The position numbers and the translations under genes are program-made. Below the pieces are notes generated by a model that saw nothing but the letters and a program-made list of their open reading frames with translations, did no database searches and was not told where the DNA came from. DNA of 64,000 nucleotides. Origin: Octopus sinensis. Its lineage: Eukaryota. The stretch covers positions 31,694,464 through 31,758,463 of the forward strand of contig NC_043011.1 in the NCBI RefSeq assembly GCF_006345805.1, in the 5' to 3' direction. This document shows, one piece after another, positions 1-11,840 of the stretch. The first letter of the stretch is position 1. Every line of letters starts with the position of its first letter.

Positions 1-2858
1 CACTGTGTTTCTAAATTCCACTGATTCTATTCACAAATTAGGTCATCTTAATGTTTTATAGACACCCTCAATAACACTCCAGCCTTGAATTCTGTTGTGA
101 CACTTTTAAGTAGTTGGATTACAATTAACATGCCCAGAATTGGACCCACATAGATTTTGAATTCCTCTGTATAAAAATAATAACCTGAATATGCCTTTTT
201 TTTATATATATATTTCCCACACCTGAATTTATAACTTCCTTTCATAAGTCATTCATCCATATCTAATTCCTGCTTTCTTCACCACACCTCACTATACAAT
301 ACAGCTCTTGTCAAATGCTTTACTTTGTTAGACTCTGCATTAATGCTTATAGACATCTAATCCCTAATACTGAAATGACAGTATTAGATTAAAATTGATA
401 TTCTTTCACACTAATCACATGGAGTGGTAAGGGGGTCCATTTCCAATCATAGTTTTCATCTCATTGTTTATATTTCTTGATTATTTATAACAGTTGATCC
501 AATGCCTTGTATCGCTGTGTACATTACGCTGATTCAATCAAGTTTATTTCCTCTTCAAGTTGGCTTTGAACATAGCAGCAGAAACATCCTGTTAAATCTT
601 GGTCGTCCGTTGGTCACCCAAGGAATATATATATCTGATTGAAAGTGAACTTTCAATTGCTATGTTTAAAATACATCAATTTTAATCAATGTCATTTGGT
701 AGGGTTCGGATTAAACTCCTAAAATATTATTAAAATGTTCTACTGAAGTATAACTGCTGAGTAAAAATTGACAGCTGCGGCAGTAGCATTGTTGCTATAC
801 CCCAGGCCGATGGTGGGGGTAGGATGCTTAAGTCCTTCAGAAAGAAGTACAAATCATTATATTGGATTATATTTTTGTTGATTTAAATTTATTGAAAGCT
901 TAACTTTACAGTTAAATACGAATTTTTAGAAAGACCTATTTAAATTTCTCTGATCTACATTGTAACTACAATTGTGTTTTAAAATATAAATCCAAAGAAA
1001 GTTTAAAAAAGTTATAGTATTTGTTTTAACTCATTAAATCTTGCTATGATCAACTTAACCTTTCAACCCTCCAGGGTCAATAAAATAACATACCAGTCTA
1101 GTTTTGAGGTCGATGGTATCCACTAACCCCTCAGAATTGCTAACTTTGTGTCTAAGAAAGTCCCTCTCAAAATTGCTTACTTCTTGTCTAAATTAGAAAC
1201 CGTTTTGATGCCATCTTATCAGATGGCAGTAAACTAAGGCAAAATGCGTTGAGTGTTGCGTCATGTGCTACACACGAACAAGAAGGAACATCTTGTGAAA
1301 CTGAATTGAAATGTTATTGTTTATAGTACGGCAATTGATTCCTTCTAACACAATTGTAAATCAACCTTATTTTCACGCTTTTCTCCAATTCCAAAAATAT
1401 CGATCGAAATATGGTGTATAAACTATAAAACTAAACTACCCCTTCTCTTTATTCAAATTACTATCAACTGTAACTAATGCTAAATGCCGAGTTTTTAACA
1501 GCATGTTTCAAGAAAAGATAATCTGTGCCTTCGTAGATCATTAGTTATCTCCCTTGCGTTACATCGCGTATTGTTTTTTTCAATATTTTGCGTATTTGCG
1601 ATCAAGGTATATACTAACTTGAATTGATGTATAAATTGTTTTAAGATATTTTTTAAAGTTTATATCTATATTATTCATTTTGAGTTACATTGCATCAAAT
1701 GATGTTGATGGTGCTAATAAAATAAGAATATTAGGTGTTGGAATAATGATTAGATATGTGACTTTTAAAATGTATGATATAAAATATAAAGCAATGAATA
1801 TTTAAAGTTTGTAAGAGCTACTAAGATAATTCATTACTACCATTTATGAAATAATACAAATACTGCAATCTTAGGCACATCTCAGTTCTCCACTGTGCTT
1901 ATGTGAATGCATATTTAAGTAATGTCTATAGCAAAGAGGAGAGCAAAGATTTGGAATGACAGATTCATGAAAATGTTACTTTATTGTTTAACATTATATA
2001 ATTCAGTTTATTCTGATAGATGTTTTCGCTCCCTGTTGACCAACTGGGTTGTTTAACTACAAGATTACTATAAAACTAAAGGGGTGAATATATACTTTTC
2101 ATTTTCAATGATTTGATTTTCCAAACAAACATGCATTTTATGGCAGATTTATGCTACTGTTTTTAGCTTCGGATTTTCACCAGTTTAGATGTCCTAGATT
2201 TTATCAACTACTTCATGTCCTCTTCTATCCAATCATGCTCCATCTTCGCAATATACCAACATATCCCCACACCCTTTTCTCAGCCCATCTAAGCCTCTGT
2301 TTTAAATATCCAGGTGACCACATTCACTCTTAGCTCTGACACTTCTGCCCGTGATTTTGAGAGCCACATTTCTCATGTTTTGCAGGAAGACTCTAATATC
2401 TATAAAAATAGCAGTTTTATTTTTAGATAAATCTCTGCAGCATTTCTTATTGAACGGTTATTTTCCCCCTAAACTCTTATTTTATTTTGTGTGCATTTGG
2501 ATAGAAATTTAACAAGAAATATATATTGGGAGGGATATATAAAATAACATACACAAGGCTTTTGAATTTATGCTTTTCCAAATATTCTTGCACAGGATTT
2601 TTTTTCTCTTTCTTTGTTCAAATGTCTCCAGTAAGTTAAAAGTTGTTAGATGTTTAAAATGGTTTTAACCTTGAAGGAAAAGAGATCTTCAAATGCCACA
2701 AAGGAAGAAAATTTATGAATTAAAAGTTATTGTTAAACTGAAGTTATCATCTTTCAAATCCTGTCAAGCCATACTGTACTGAATTAAAAATTTTGTGTCA
2801 AGTAGCTAATTCCTTTCTTGTATTTTCTCTCACATTTTAAAGTAATTGGTGTGAAAAT

Positions 2859-2860
<2 letters not shown>

Positions 2861-2926
<66 letters not shown>
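2861..2926. repeat. (AT)n microsatellite, representative of many in the window
   Basis: Pure (AT)n. Other tracts: (TA)n near 7330, 16825, 22921, 24440, 43213 and 43705; (CA)n near 10285 and 32486; (TG)n near 15935, 47229 and 51857. Confidence 0.99.
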
Positions 2927-2928
<2 letters not shown>

Positions 2929-5199
2929 ATCATCCTTGCACTTGTTTAGTCCACTACTGGATGAATGCCTCTTCCTGGACATGGTGTTCTTTCAGTTATA
3001 TAATTTGGTATTCTATCTATTGTCCTTTCTTCTAAATGCATGTCCAGTGAAAAGCCATTTCAGATTTTCATTTTCCAGATAATATCTGTTAAACCTGTTG
3101 TATATAAATGGCAAATCCTTTGAACATAGACAGTTGCATCCCAGCAATTTCTATGTTGATGTTTTTATGTGTATTCATTTTGAAGAAATATTCTGCATTA
3201 AGGAAAAAACATTTTTTCAATTGTTGTTTGTGAGTTAGAATTGTTAAGAACTCATTTGTAATTTTTATGATTAAAGGAAAATACTTTTTAGATGAAAAAT
3301 CTTTAAACATGCAAGAATAAAACTTTACAGATCACATCAAAGTTATATATTAAACTTGGGCTTTAAATATTGTAGTACTGGTATAGAATGAAGTATTTTA
3401 TTGTGGAAAAGCAACTTTATATATATTTTTTCTCTTATTACAAAAGAACTGGTGAGAAATGTATGTATTTATATATATATATATATTCATATAAAAACAA
3501 TAAAATAAAAGTTACTTTGTTGAGGATATGTTTGAAAATTGGTCTTTGGAAGGCACAAGGAGACCCAAAGAATGATGCATTTCAAATGAATAAACTGTAA
3601 CTTAAGTAAACTAGTTCAGGATTATCCATTAATTACAAAACTTAGACTGGTCATGTGTCCCTACACGTGAATTGCTTGGGTGAAGTTTTTAAGAGTGAGG
3701 GGAATTTTTAAAATTTTGATTTGAAGTATTGCTAGTAAAGGAATTTTATTTTCAAATATAGTCTAATTGCTATCACAAAATATTAGATTATTATTTCTAA
3801 TTAGCCTTTACTAATCTGTTAATTTGTTTATATAGGATGTAGCCATAGACTAAATAATAAAATAAATTGCTGTCTTTAGTTATGCCCAACAGAATGGTAA
3901 ACATTAAATATATTCTTAACTTTGTAGGATATCACACACTATAATGAATTTGAAAACTTTGCAACCAAAACATTAAATTATTTGGATGTTTATTAGTGTG
4001 GTTACTATAGAAAGAATTCAAAACATTAATATCTTTTGCTATAGTCTGAAACTGTGCCATGGGTAATTAAATTTTGAAAATAGCTTTTAGTAGTAAACAA
4101 TGCCTATTATCTTATTGTTTTTAATGTGGCATAACATAGCAATGGAGGAGGGGTGGTCTCCAGGTCCTAAACTGTATCAGACTTAACTAGCTGGAACAGT
4201 AGCATAGTATGAAACTTGGTTTTATAAATACTATAAGACTTCATTCACTCAGCAGGAGATCTGTCTACACTGCTGGAATTTTTCTTTTTTCCCAGATAAA
4301 ATAATAACATGAAATATTAATACTTTTGATAGAAGATAAATAACTTAGCTGCAAATATATTCCACTTTTTAAAAATATATTTACTACTAAATAAAAGTTT
4401 CCATTTAAAAACAAAAATTTACTTCAGATTTTGTTGTGTTAATTTTATGGAATTTAATTTCTTTCTTTAAATTCATATTAAAAATTAAAGCATTTAAAAA
4501 CATTTGATTTTCTTCTATACTTTTTTTTTTCTTTTTAATATCTGTTCCCTTCTCTTGATTGCTGCTATTCTCTTTTAGAATATCTATCTCTGCTAGCCTT
4601 AGTTACATCTCTGAATAGATTTCTCACTTCAGCTTTTCCATATGGTCTCAATCATAGACCAAACTCTCTGTTAGCACTTAACTTTACACCTAGCTCATAT
4701 TTCACTCAGGGAAATCCCAATTTCATTTAGGGGTGTTCAGCTTCAGTTGCTTTCTGCCACATATGTTCATAAGTTCTCTAATCCATTTTTACTTACTCTA
4801 AAGGACTATCTTAAAATATTTCAACTTTGTTGTATTCATTCATGTATGTGGTTGTTTGAATTCACATCCTTATGAATAGGATAACTTATTCTCTTATATT
4901 CCTATACTGTTTTATAATTAGGTTTATAATTTCAACTTTAAATAGGTTTACTGAGACTTATTTACATAATTAGGAAAGACTTTTTATGTTTTTATTTTCA
5001 TTCTACTGTGAGTGTCTTGACTGAAGTTTGCTTCTGGTGTGTTGCTAAACATCTGTGTCAAGTTGGTTGTTACCTACTGTGGTTGAAATTGGACCAAACC
5101 TTCAGAATCTGCTGATGATACTTAGATTTTGGAATTCTCATATTCATGGGAATATATCGTTGTCTTTAAAACTGTGTGTGATGACTATTAACTTTTACT

Positions 5200-5463
5200 A
5201 GATGTTATCTCTTCTCTCCTTCTCCCCACTAACTCTCACTTATTTTTCTCGCTCTCCCTCTTACCATCACTAACTCATTCTTATGCTCTAACACTCTGCC
5301 TCTTTTTCTCTCTCTCCTTCCTCTGCCCCCCCCCACTCTCCCTTTCTCTTTCTTTCACTCTCTCTCACCTATATCTCCTTTGCTGGCAATTTAACTGTAG
5401 CAGCAGTGCTTGATTTAAGGACAGAGAGGGTTGCAGCTGTCTGACATTGCACATTTGGTGCCA
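5200..5463 (+). promoter_or_regulatory. Putative internal (Alt) promoter / 5' UTR: CT-rich tract followed by E-boxes
   Basis: Long CT-rich tract at ~5200-5380, TATA-like TATAT near 5370, CAGCTG at 5434-5439 and CATTTG at 5452-5457. Promoter function is inferred only from position upstream of the candidate Alt ATG. Confidence 0.35.
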
Positions 5464-5493
5464 ATGTACTACTACTCCAGACCCAAGTTACAG
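5464..5493 (+). CDS. TCF12/TCF4 (da): Candidate alternative first coding exon (Alt-type N-terminus) MYYYSRPKLQ
   Basis: ATG TAC TAC TAC TCC AGA CCC AAG TTA CAG|gtgtgc. The phase-0 donor matches the phase-0 acceptor of the VYSPS exon. An in-frame TAA at 5416-5418 has no ATG between it and 5464. The peptide resembles the vertebrate Alt ending MYYYNGK(A/T)|VYAPS. Confidence 0.65.
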
Positions 5494-7301
5494 GTGTGCT
5501 TCATTTCATGCTTACTGTCTAAATGTTTTCTATATGTTTGTTTATTTATTGTTTACTGGGTCTCACAACTATAGCATGACTGACTACTATCATTTTTTTT
5601 TTTTGTTCTGCTCTCTTTCCCAGAATAGAACCAAGGAAATTTGTCTCAACAATAAAAAAAAAATAAGGGGCATATTTGTTTTCCTTCTAGTTTTTAAAAC
5701 TAACAATTAAATAGAAATAGTTAAATACTATCTAGTATTTAATTATTTTATGTGGTTCAACAGCTTCTACTAAAGTTTTGAAATCTTATACCACTTTATT
5801 TCCAATTCTGATGTTTTAACAGGATTATAACACATGGGCATAATCACAGTGTACTTTAGTAAAATTTGTCCCTTAATTAGCTTCCTCTACTTTTTGATAA
5901 AGTATAATTCTGTTCAACTGTTTTAATATTTGAAAGATGACCAAATGTTTGAACCTATTCCTTCTTAAGAAATTAAAAATCTTAGGAGAAAAAAGTTTGT
6001 TTTATTTACATTGACTTTATTATTTCATGATTTTATTTTACTTTTCTTTTTTACCAGACTATGGTTAAGACTTTAATGAGGTTTCTAATTACTGTATATA
6101 ATAAATACAAATATATATTTATAATATGGATGGATCTTATATTCTGCTGGTAGTCTAAAAGAGTAAATATTTTGGCATAGGTTTATATATTTTATAGAAT
6201 TCTCACTTTTAGAGTTAACTTTTTATATCTCTTTCCTGCTGATTTGTTGAAGCCATATTATCAACTAATCTAATCTTTTTATTAGTTCATTAGATATGTC
6301 TCAACTCACTAGATAAAATCTCCTGGATCCATTTTATTGAAAAATACTGTGTTATTTTTTATGATTTTAGAAATTTATATTTGTTTAGAATGAAAAAAAA
6401 TTATCCCCACAAACCCTAGCAATAAATAGATTATTCTCTTTCTAGTCAATGTGTTTTATCAATTATATTCTGACCAGTTGGGCCTGCCATGCTAATAGGA
6501 ACATGTTTGGGAGTGGAGCATGTCTTAGATCCCTCTACCCTTTTCTCTGGCTTCTCTCTCCTACTTCCCCATATAAACTTCCTGTCTGCATGCTAAAGAT
6601 TTCAAATACCCTGAGTTTCATCAATAAATATTTTGATTTGAGCTTTCTAAACTTAATACATTAACCAGATAATTGAATCGTCTTTATTTGTTTATTAGCT
6701 TGGTCATGTTTAGAAGTTAATTAGCTATTATTTATTGAGGAAATTACTTTATATTTTAATTATTAAAATGATACTTGCATGTGTATACATGTATGTGTGT
6801 GTCTATTTACACACGTGCCTGTGTAAATGTGTGTGTGTGTAAAATACATATACTTTCCACAGAGCATATTTTAATTCAGCTAGACAAAGTATTTTTCACT
6901 GAGTATGCTCCATAACTAATTAAGAATTAATTCCAGTCATGACAAAAGTCTGTATGAAAGCAATAAGGAATGGGAGACCATAGAACATGGCAATACATTG
7001 TGCCTGTGTGTGCATGCACACATGTGTGAGTGTGTATGTGAATGATCTTATAAGGGGGAAAAAAATGAAAGAAAAGAAAAAAACACATTTCTATTCCAAT
7101 GATGATTTTCTTATGAGTGATAACATTTCTTTAAAAAAGGATAGAAAACTTTGGAAGTAAATGAGTGTAATCAAATAAGATGAAATGTAAACAAACTGAG
7201 TTCTTGATTGTGTGAGAGCCAATGATTAAATGAATATCTACATTTTGTGTCAGCTAATGTGTGTGTGTGTGTGTGTATAAATATATATATATATATGTAT
7301 G

Positions 7302-7355
<54 letters not shown>

Positions 7356-7452
7356 AATACTTCAAATATACCGTAAATGGTCCTTTTACATACCGAATAC
7401 TGCTTGGTCGAATTGATTAACAATTAATTAATTCTACCCTTTTTTACTGACA

Positions 7453-7484
<32 letters not shown>

Positions 7485-7490
7485 TATATA

Positions 7491-7721
7491 TAGGGTTAGC
7501 CAAAAGTCACCAGACAGTAAATCAAAATTACATAGATACTATCTATAATTCTGTATTGACTCAAATGGAAAATGTGTTGCTCAAGAAGGACTTTAGTTTG
7601 AACACTTTATCATGATGTTTCATATTTAGATGTTTAGTAAATTCATTCAGTTGTTAAACATAAATAAATCTTGGAATTAAATGGTTTTGATTTACCATTA
7701 GGTGACTTCTGGCCAACCCTG
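7491..7721. mobile_element. Tc1/mariner-type MITE, 231 bp
   Basis: TIRs tagggttagccaaaagtcacc / ggtgacttctggccaaccctg, set in (TA)/(TG) microsatellite. Confidence 0.75.
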
Positions 7722-10280
7722 TGTGTGTGTCTGTGTGTATATAAATATATAGTATTTCTAAATTGAATTTTTCCCTGTAAGTTAGGAATAATATTCCCTC
7801 AAATAATAATAATTATATATATATATATCATACATAATTAATAATAACTTTTTCTACCTTCCATATATGATGTTGTTTAGTTCTTATTTGGATCTCAAAG
7901 AGTAAACCGGTGATCAAAGATATTCAAGCCAGGCTCATCTTGTCATTTCTTTTTGAGAATAGTGTACCCCACCATCTTCAGTTGTGTGTGATTTGAGGGA
8001 GATTAGGTAGCTATTTTTAGCAGACTATGTAATCTCATAGATTCCTTTGTTCAGTTTGGAAAAGGTGTTGCCATCTTCACTATTAAACAACAAAAACATT
8101 TGCCTTTTTGTTTTTTATATATTCATTATGTGACAGCATATTCTTCAAAGCCACCTAAATAACTGACACATGCACACACAGTGAAATAAACAGTTTTATA
8201 TTTTGGATAATTCTTTCTATTTAATTAATTCTGACAGCATTAGCTGTTTGCTATTATTAATGAATGTGTTGCTCAAGAAGGACTTTAGTTTGAACAGTTT
8301 ATTAGTGGAAATATAAAAAAAAAAAGAAGCAATATGTATATTTTCCCCCAATTTTGCTTTTGATTCTTGATGAAATTTAGCTCATGATCCTAAACCATTG
8401 AGAGAAATGCTGCTACTTTTTGTAAAAATACTTTTGACCCAATTTTTCCTTTTCCTTTCTTTTTTGCTTTGACCAAGTCTATACACCCCATGCTCCATCT
8501 CTTGTCTCTCCCTTTAACACACAATTCACCTATTATAATTTAATATTGGTAGAGTATTGATGGCCACACCCTCTCCTTCTGTATATAAAATAAAATAAAA
8601 CCGTAGTTGTTTTGTCTGTCAAAAAAGAATTAATAACTTTTCCTAAATTGTTCCCCTATGTATTCATATTTGAAGATATAGAATTAAAATAATTTTATAC
8701 TTAAATGCCAGGCTTTACTGACATTAAAAATAAAGTTTGTGTATGCTTAGGCTTTAATCCTGTCCCACCCCCACTTCATACCCACAACACTATATTAATA
8801 TTTCATAAAATGACTTTTCCTTCCATTTTTTAAAAAAAATGTATAAAAGTAAGGATTTGTTATAATTCTAGCTTTTTTCTTGTATTTTTAAATGTTTTTT
8901 GCTCAGGTCTAATTAATTTAGTACTAATTCAAAGGGAGGGAAAAAAACAATTTCTTGTATCAAGTTACTATTATTATTATTTTTATTTAAAAATCCTTAT
9001 TTAAAATCTTTCATTTAGCAAGTGTTAGCTTTGTCTTGTTTTTTATCCTCTTCTTTTTTTTCTTTCTTAACACTATTTATGTTGTGTTTGTGTGAGCATG
9101 TGTGAACACACACACACTTGGGATGAACTACAAATATAATAAACCTATTGCAAAACTTAATGTTTTTAAACTATTAATAACTGTTCTTGAAATAGAGAGA
9201 GAGAAAAAGAGAGATGTACCCTAACTTATTACTGATGTAGATTTTTTTTTTTTTTTGTCAAATTATCCCTTCTCTCTAGAATCAACACAGTATGCAATAA
9301 TCTAGTTTGTAAGTTGACACAAATCACATTCTTAACCTAGTTTAAATCCTACTACTGCAAGTCTGTGAATAGACTGGCTTGTGCTGGTGATACCATGTAT
9401 GCTGCTGCTGCTGAATTTTAAGAAACCAACTTCTACTACCAGACAAAGATGTTATTTCAGCTTATGCTGCCTGAACCTCTACTCTTAGTTTAGCTTGTTT
9501 CCCACATTGGCCTAATAATCTTGGCGTCTCATACTAGGAGGAATACCTGTCCATTCATGAAGGCTTTTTTACTATTCTTTCAAACAGCTAAGTAGATAAT
9601 TGATACCAAGGTTTACTACGCTCATTATCATCTCTCATCTCCCATCATTATCATCACCGACAGCAATGATTAGTTTATGAAAGTTACTTCATGATAATGT
9701 GAATTAATTGGAAAAGTTCTTTCTCTCCTAACTAATGGATTATAGCTGTGAGTGGTCACTTGTAGCTGGGTTCTCAATGTCTCTGAACATATATTGGTCT
9801 AATTTGTTCACTTTGGATCTAATGACCAGCTGAATAGTTTGATTGATTCACTTTCGCTCATCTTTTGAAACTAGTTACAATGTATTGTACAACATATCCA
9901 TTCTATAGAACCCTTATGTACCTCCCTCCCAAAGGAAATGTAAGTATAGTATATTTTTTTTTTTTTTACTGAAAAAATGTTTTTCTGGTTAGATTTATTT
10001 AGTTTTCACTTATATAATATTTTATTTTGAACTTAATGAAATTAAGGAACAGGGGCTAACTTGGGAATTAGCTTGTTTACAATTTAGGTAGTTATATAAT
10101 GTTATTTTCTGAGGTAGTATGGTTAGTTAATTATAGTAATTTCATGATATAATTTAAGTTATACAATGTTGTCTTGAGACAGTAAGTAATTTATATATCT
10201 ATTGTTTATTTGGTAAATATAATTGACTACTTTCATCTACTTCATAACTAAATATCTATTTCTCTCTCTTTCACTGTATG

Positions 10281-10323
<43 letters not shown>

Positions 10324-11033
10324 TCAGACAAACCAATTTAATAATACTTGCCCTTCTTTAGTGTGTATATATGTGTTTTTGCAAATTTCTCTCTTCTGTC
10401 TTTATTGAACCTGACTTGGACCTCTCTACTTGTGGCCATCTCCATTGGATGCTATATGGATTTATTTGGAGTTAAGCACCAAAGGACTGACTGTTTTTCT
10501 TTAACTATCTCTTATATTGGATATTCATTTACATCATCTTGGAACTTTAGTGAACTGCCCTAATGTCCAGTTTGATTTGATGTATAATTTACCTTCAATA
10601 TTTCCAAATTGGACCTACTCTTAAGTTTACATATTGGATATCTACATTGGATTTTACTCGGAGTTATTGAAACTAATTTCTTGCTTTTTATATTAAACAA
10701 CTTGCAAGTGAATATTTTTACCACATAGGATTATTTTCTTCTCATATTTTTGCATCGGCCTTCAGCATTACACATGGAGCTCAGTTATTTAAATTTATAA
10801 ACCAGAATTTTATTCGTTTTTGCAGTTTCTTTAGTTTTTTTTTTTTTTTTTAATAGCCTGTGTTCAAATTCTGTCTGAATTGACTTTGCTTTTCCTCTTT
10901 CTGTGTTTGGTGAAATAAGCACCAGTTGATCTTAATCGATTATACTCTCCATGAAAAATACACTTGTGCCTTGGTTAGAAATTGTTGTTATGATAAAAGT
11001 TAGATATTGCTGCTGTTATTATTATTATAATTT

Positions 11034-11840
11034 AGGTGGCGAGCTGGCAGAATCATTAGCACGCTGGACAAAATGCTTAGCGGGATTTCACCTGTCACTA
11101 TGTTTTGAGTTCAGATTCCACCGAGGTTGACTTTGCCTTTCATCCTTTCAGGGTCAATAAATTAAGCACTAATGAAACACTGGGGGGGGGGTGTAATCGA
11201 CTAGTCCTCTCCCCACAAATTTCAGGCCTTGTGCCTATAGTAGAAAGGATTATTATTACAATAAGGCGGCAAGCTGGCAGAATCATTAGTATGCTGGGGA
11301 AAATGCTTAGCGGTATTTTGTGTCTTTGAATCCTGAGTTAAAATTATGCTGGGGTTGACTTTGCCTTTCATCCTCTTGAGCTCAATAAAAGAAGTACCAG
11401 TTGAGTACTGGGATCGATGTACCTCCCCCCAAAATACTGACTTTGTGCCAAAATTTGAAACCATTATTATTATTAAGGCAATGAGCTGGCAGAATTGTTA
11501 GCATGTCATGTGAAATGCTTAGCAGTATTTCATCCATCTTTATGTTCTGAGTTCAAATTCCGCTGGGGTCAACTTTGCTTTTCATCCTTTCAGGGTCAAA
11601 TAAGTACCAGTTGAGTACTAGGGTCAATGTAATCGACTAATCCCTTCCCACCAAATTTCAGGCCTTATGCCTATAGTAGAAAGGATTATTATTATTATTA
11701 TTGTTGTTGTTGTTGTTGTTGTTGTTATTGTTATTATTAAAAAAGGCTGTGAATGACAGAATCAGTAGATCTCTGAACAAATTCTGAATTTAAATCCCAT
11801 TAGGGCTTCATATTGCCTTTCATCCTTACAAGGTCAATGA
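11034..11840 (+). mobile_element. Head-to-tail array of four tRNA-type SINE copies (family A) separated by (ATT)n/(GTT)n tails
   Basis: Repeated gagctggcagaatc.ttagc ... ttctgagttcaaattcc ... gactttgcctttcatcc ... gtaccag, starting near 11034, 11262, 11475 and 11742. Further family A copies lie near 1055, 13040, 26110, 41905, 42380 and 50885 (minus). Confidence 0.85.

Noticed and set aside
530-625. Possible Tc1-like transposase remnant on the minus strand (QDLTGCFCCYVQSQL)
   Set aside because: Too short and degenerate to support without a profile search
6058-6063. Possible 6-nt micro-exon ACTATG after a strong polypyrimidine tract (ttaccag|ACTATG|gttaag)
   Set aside because: It is frame-compatible, but the donor is poor and such patterns are common in T-rich introns; no homology support
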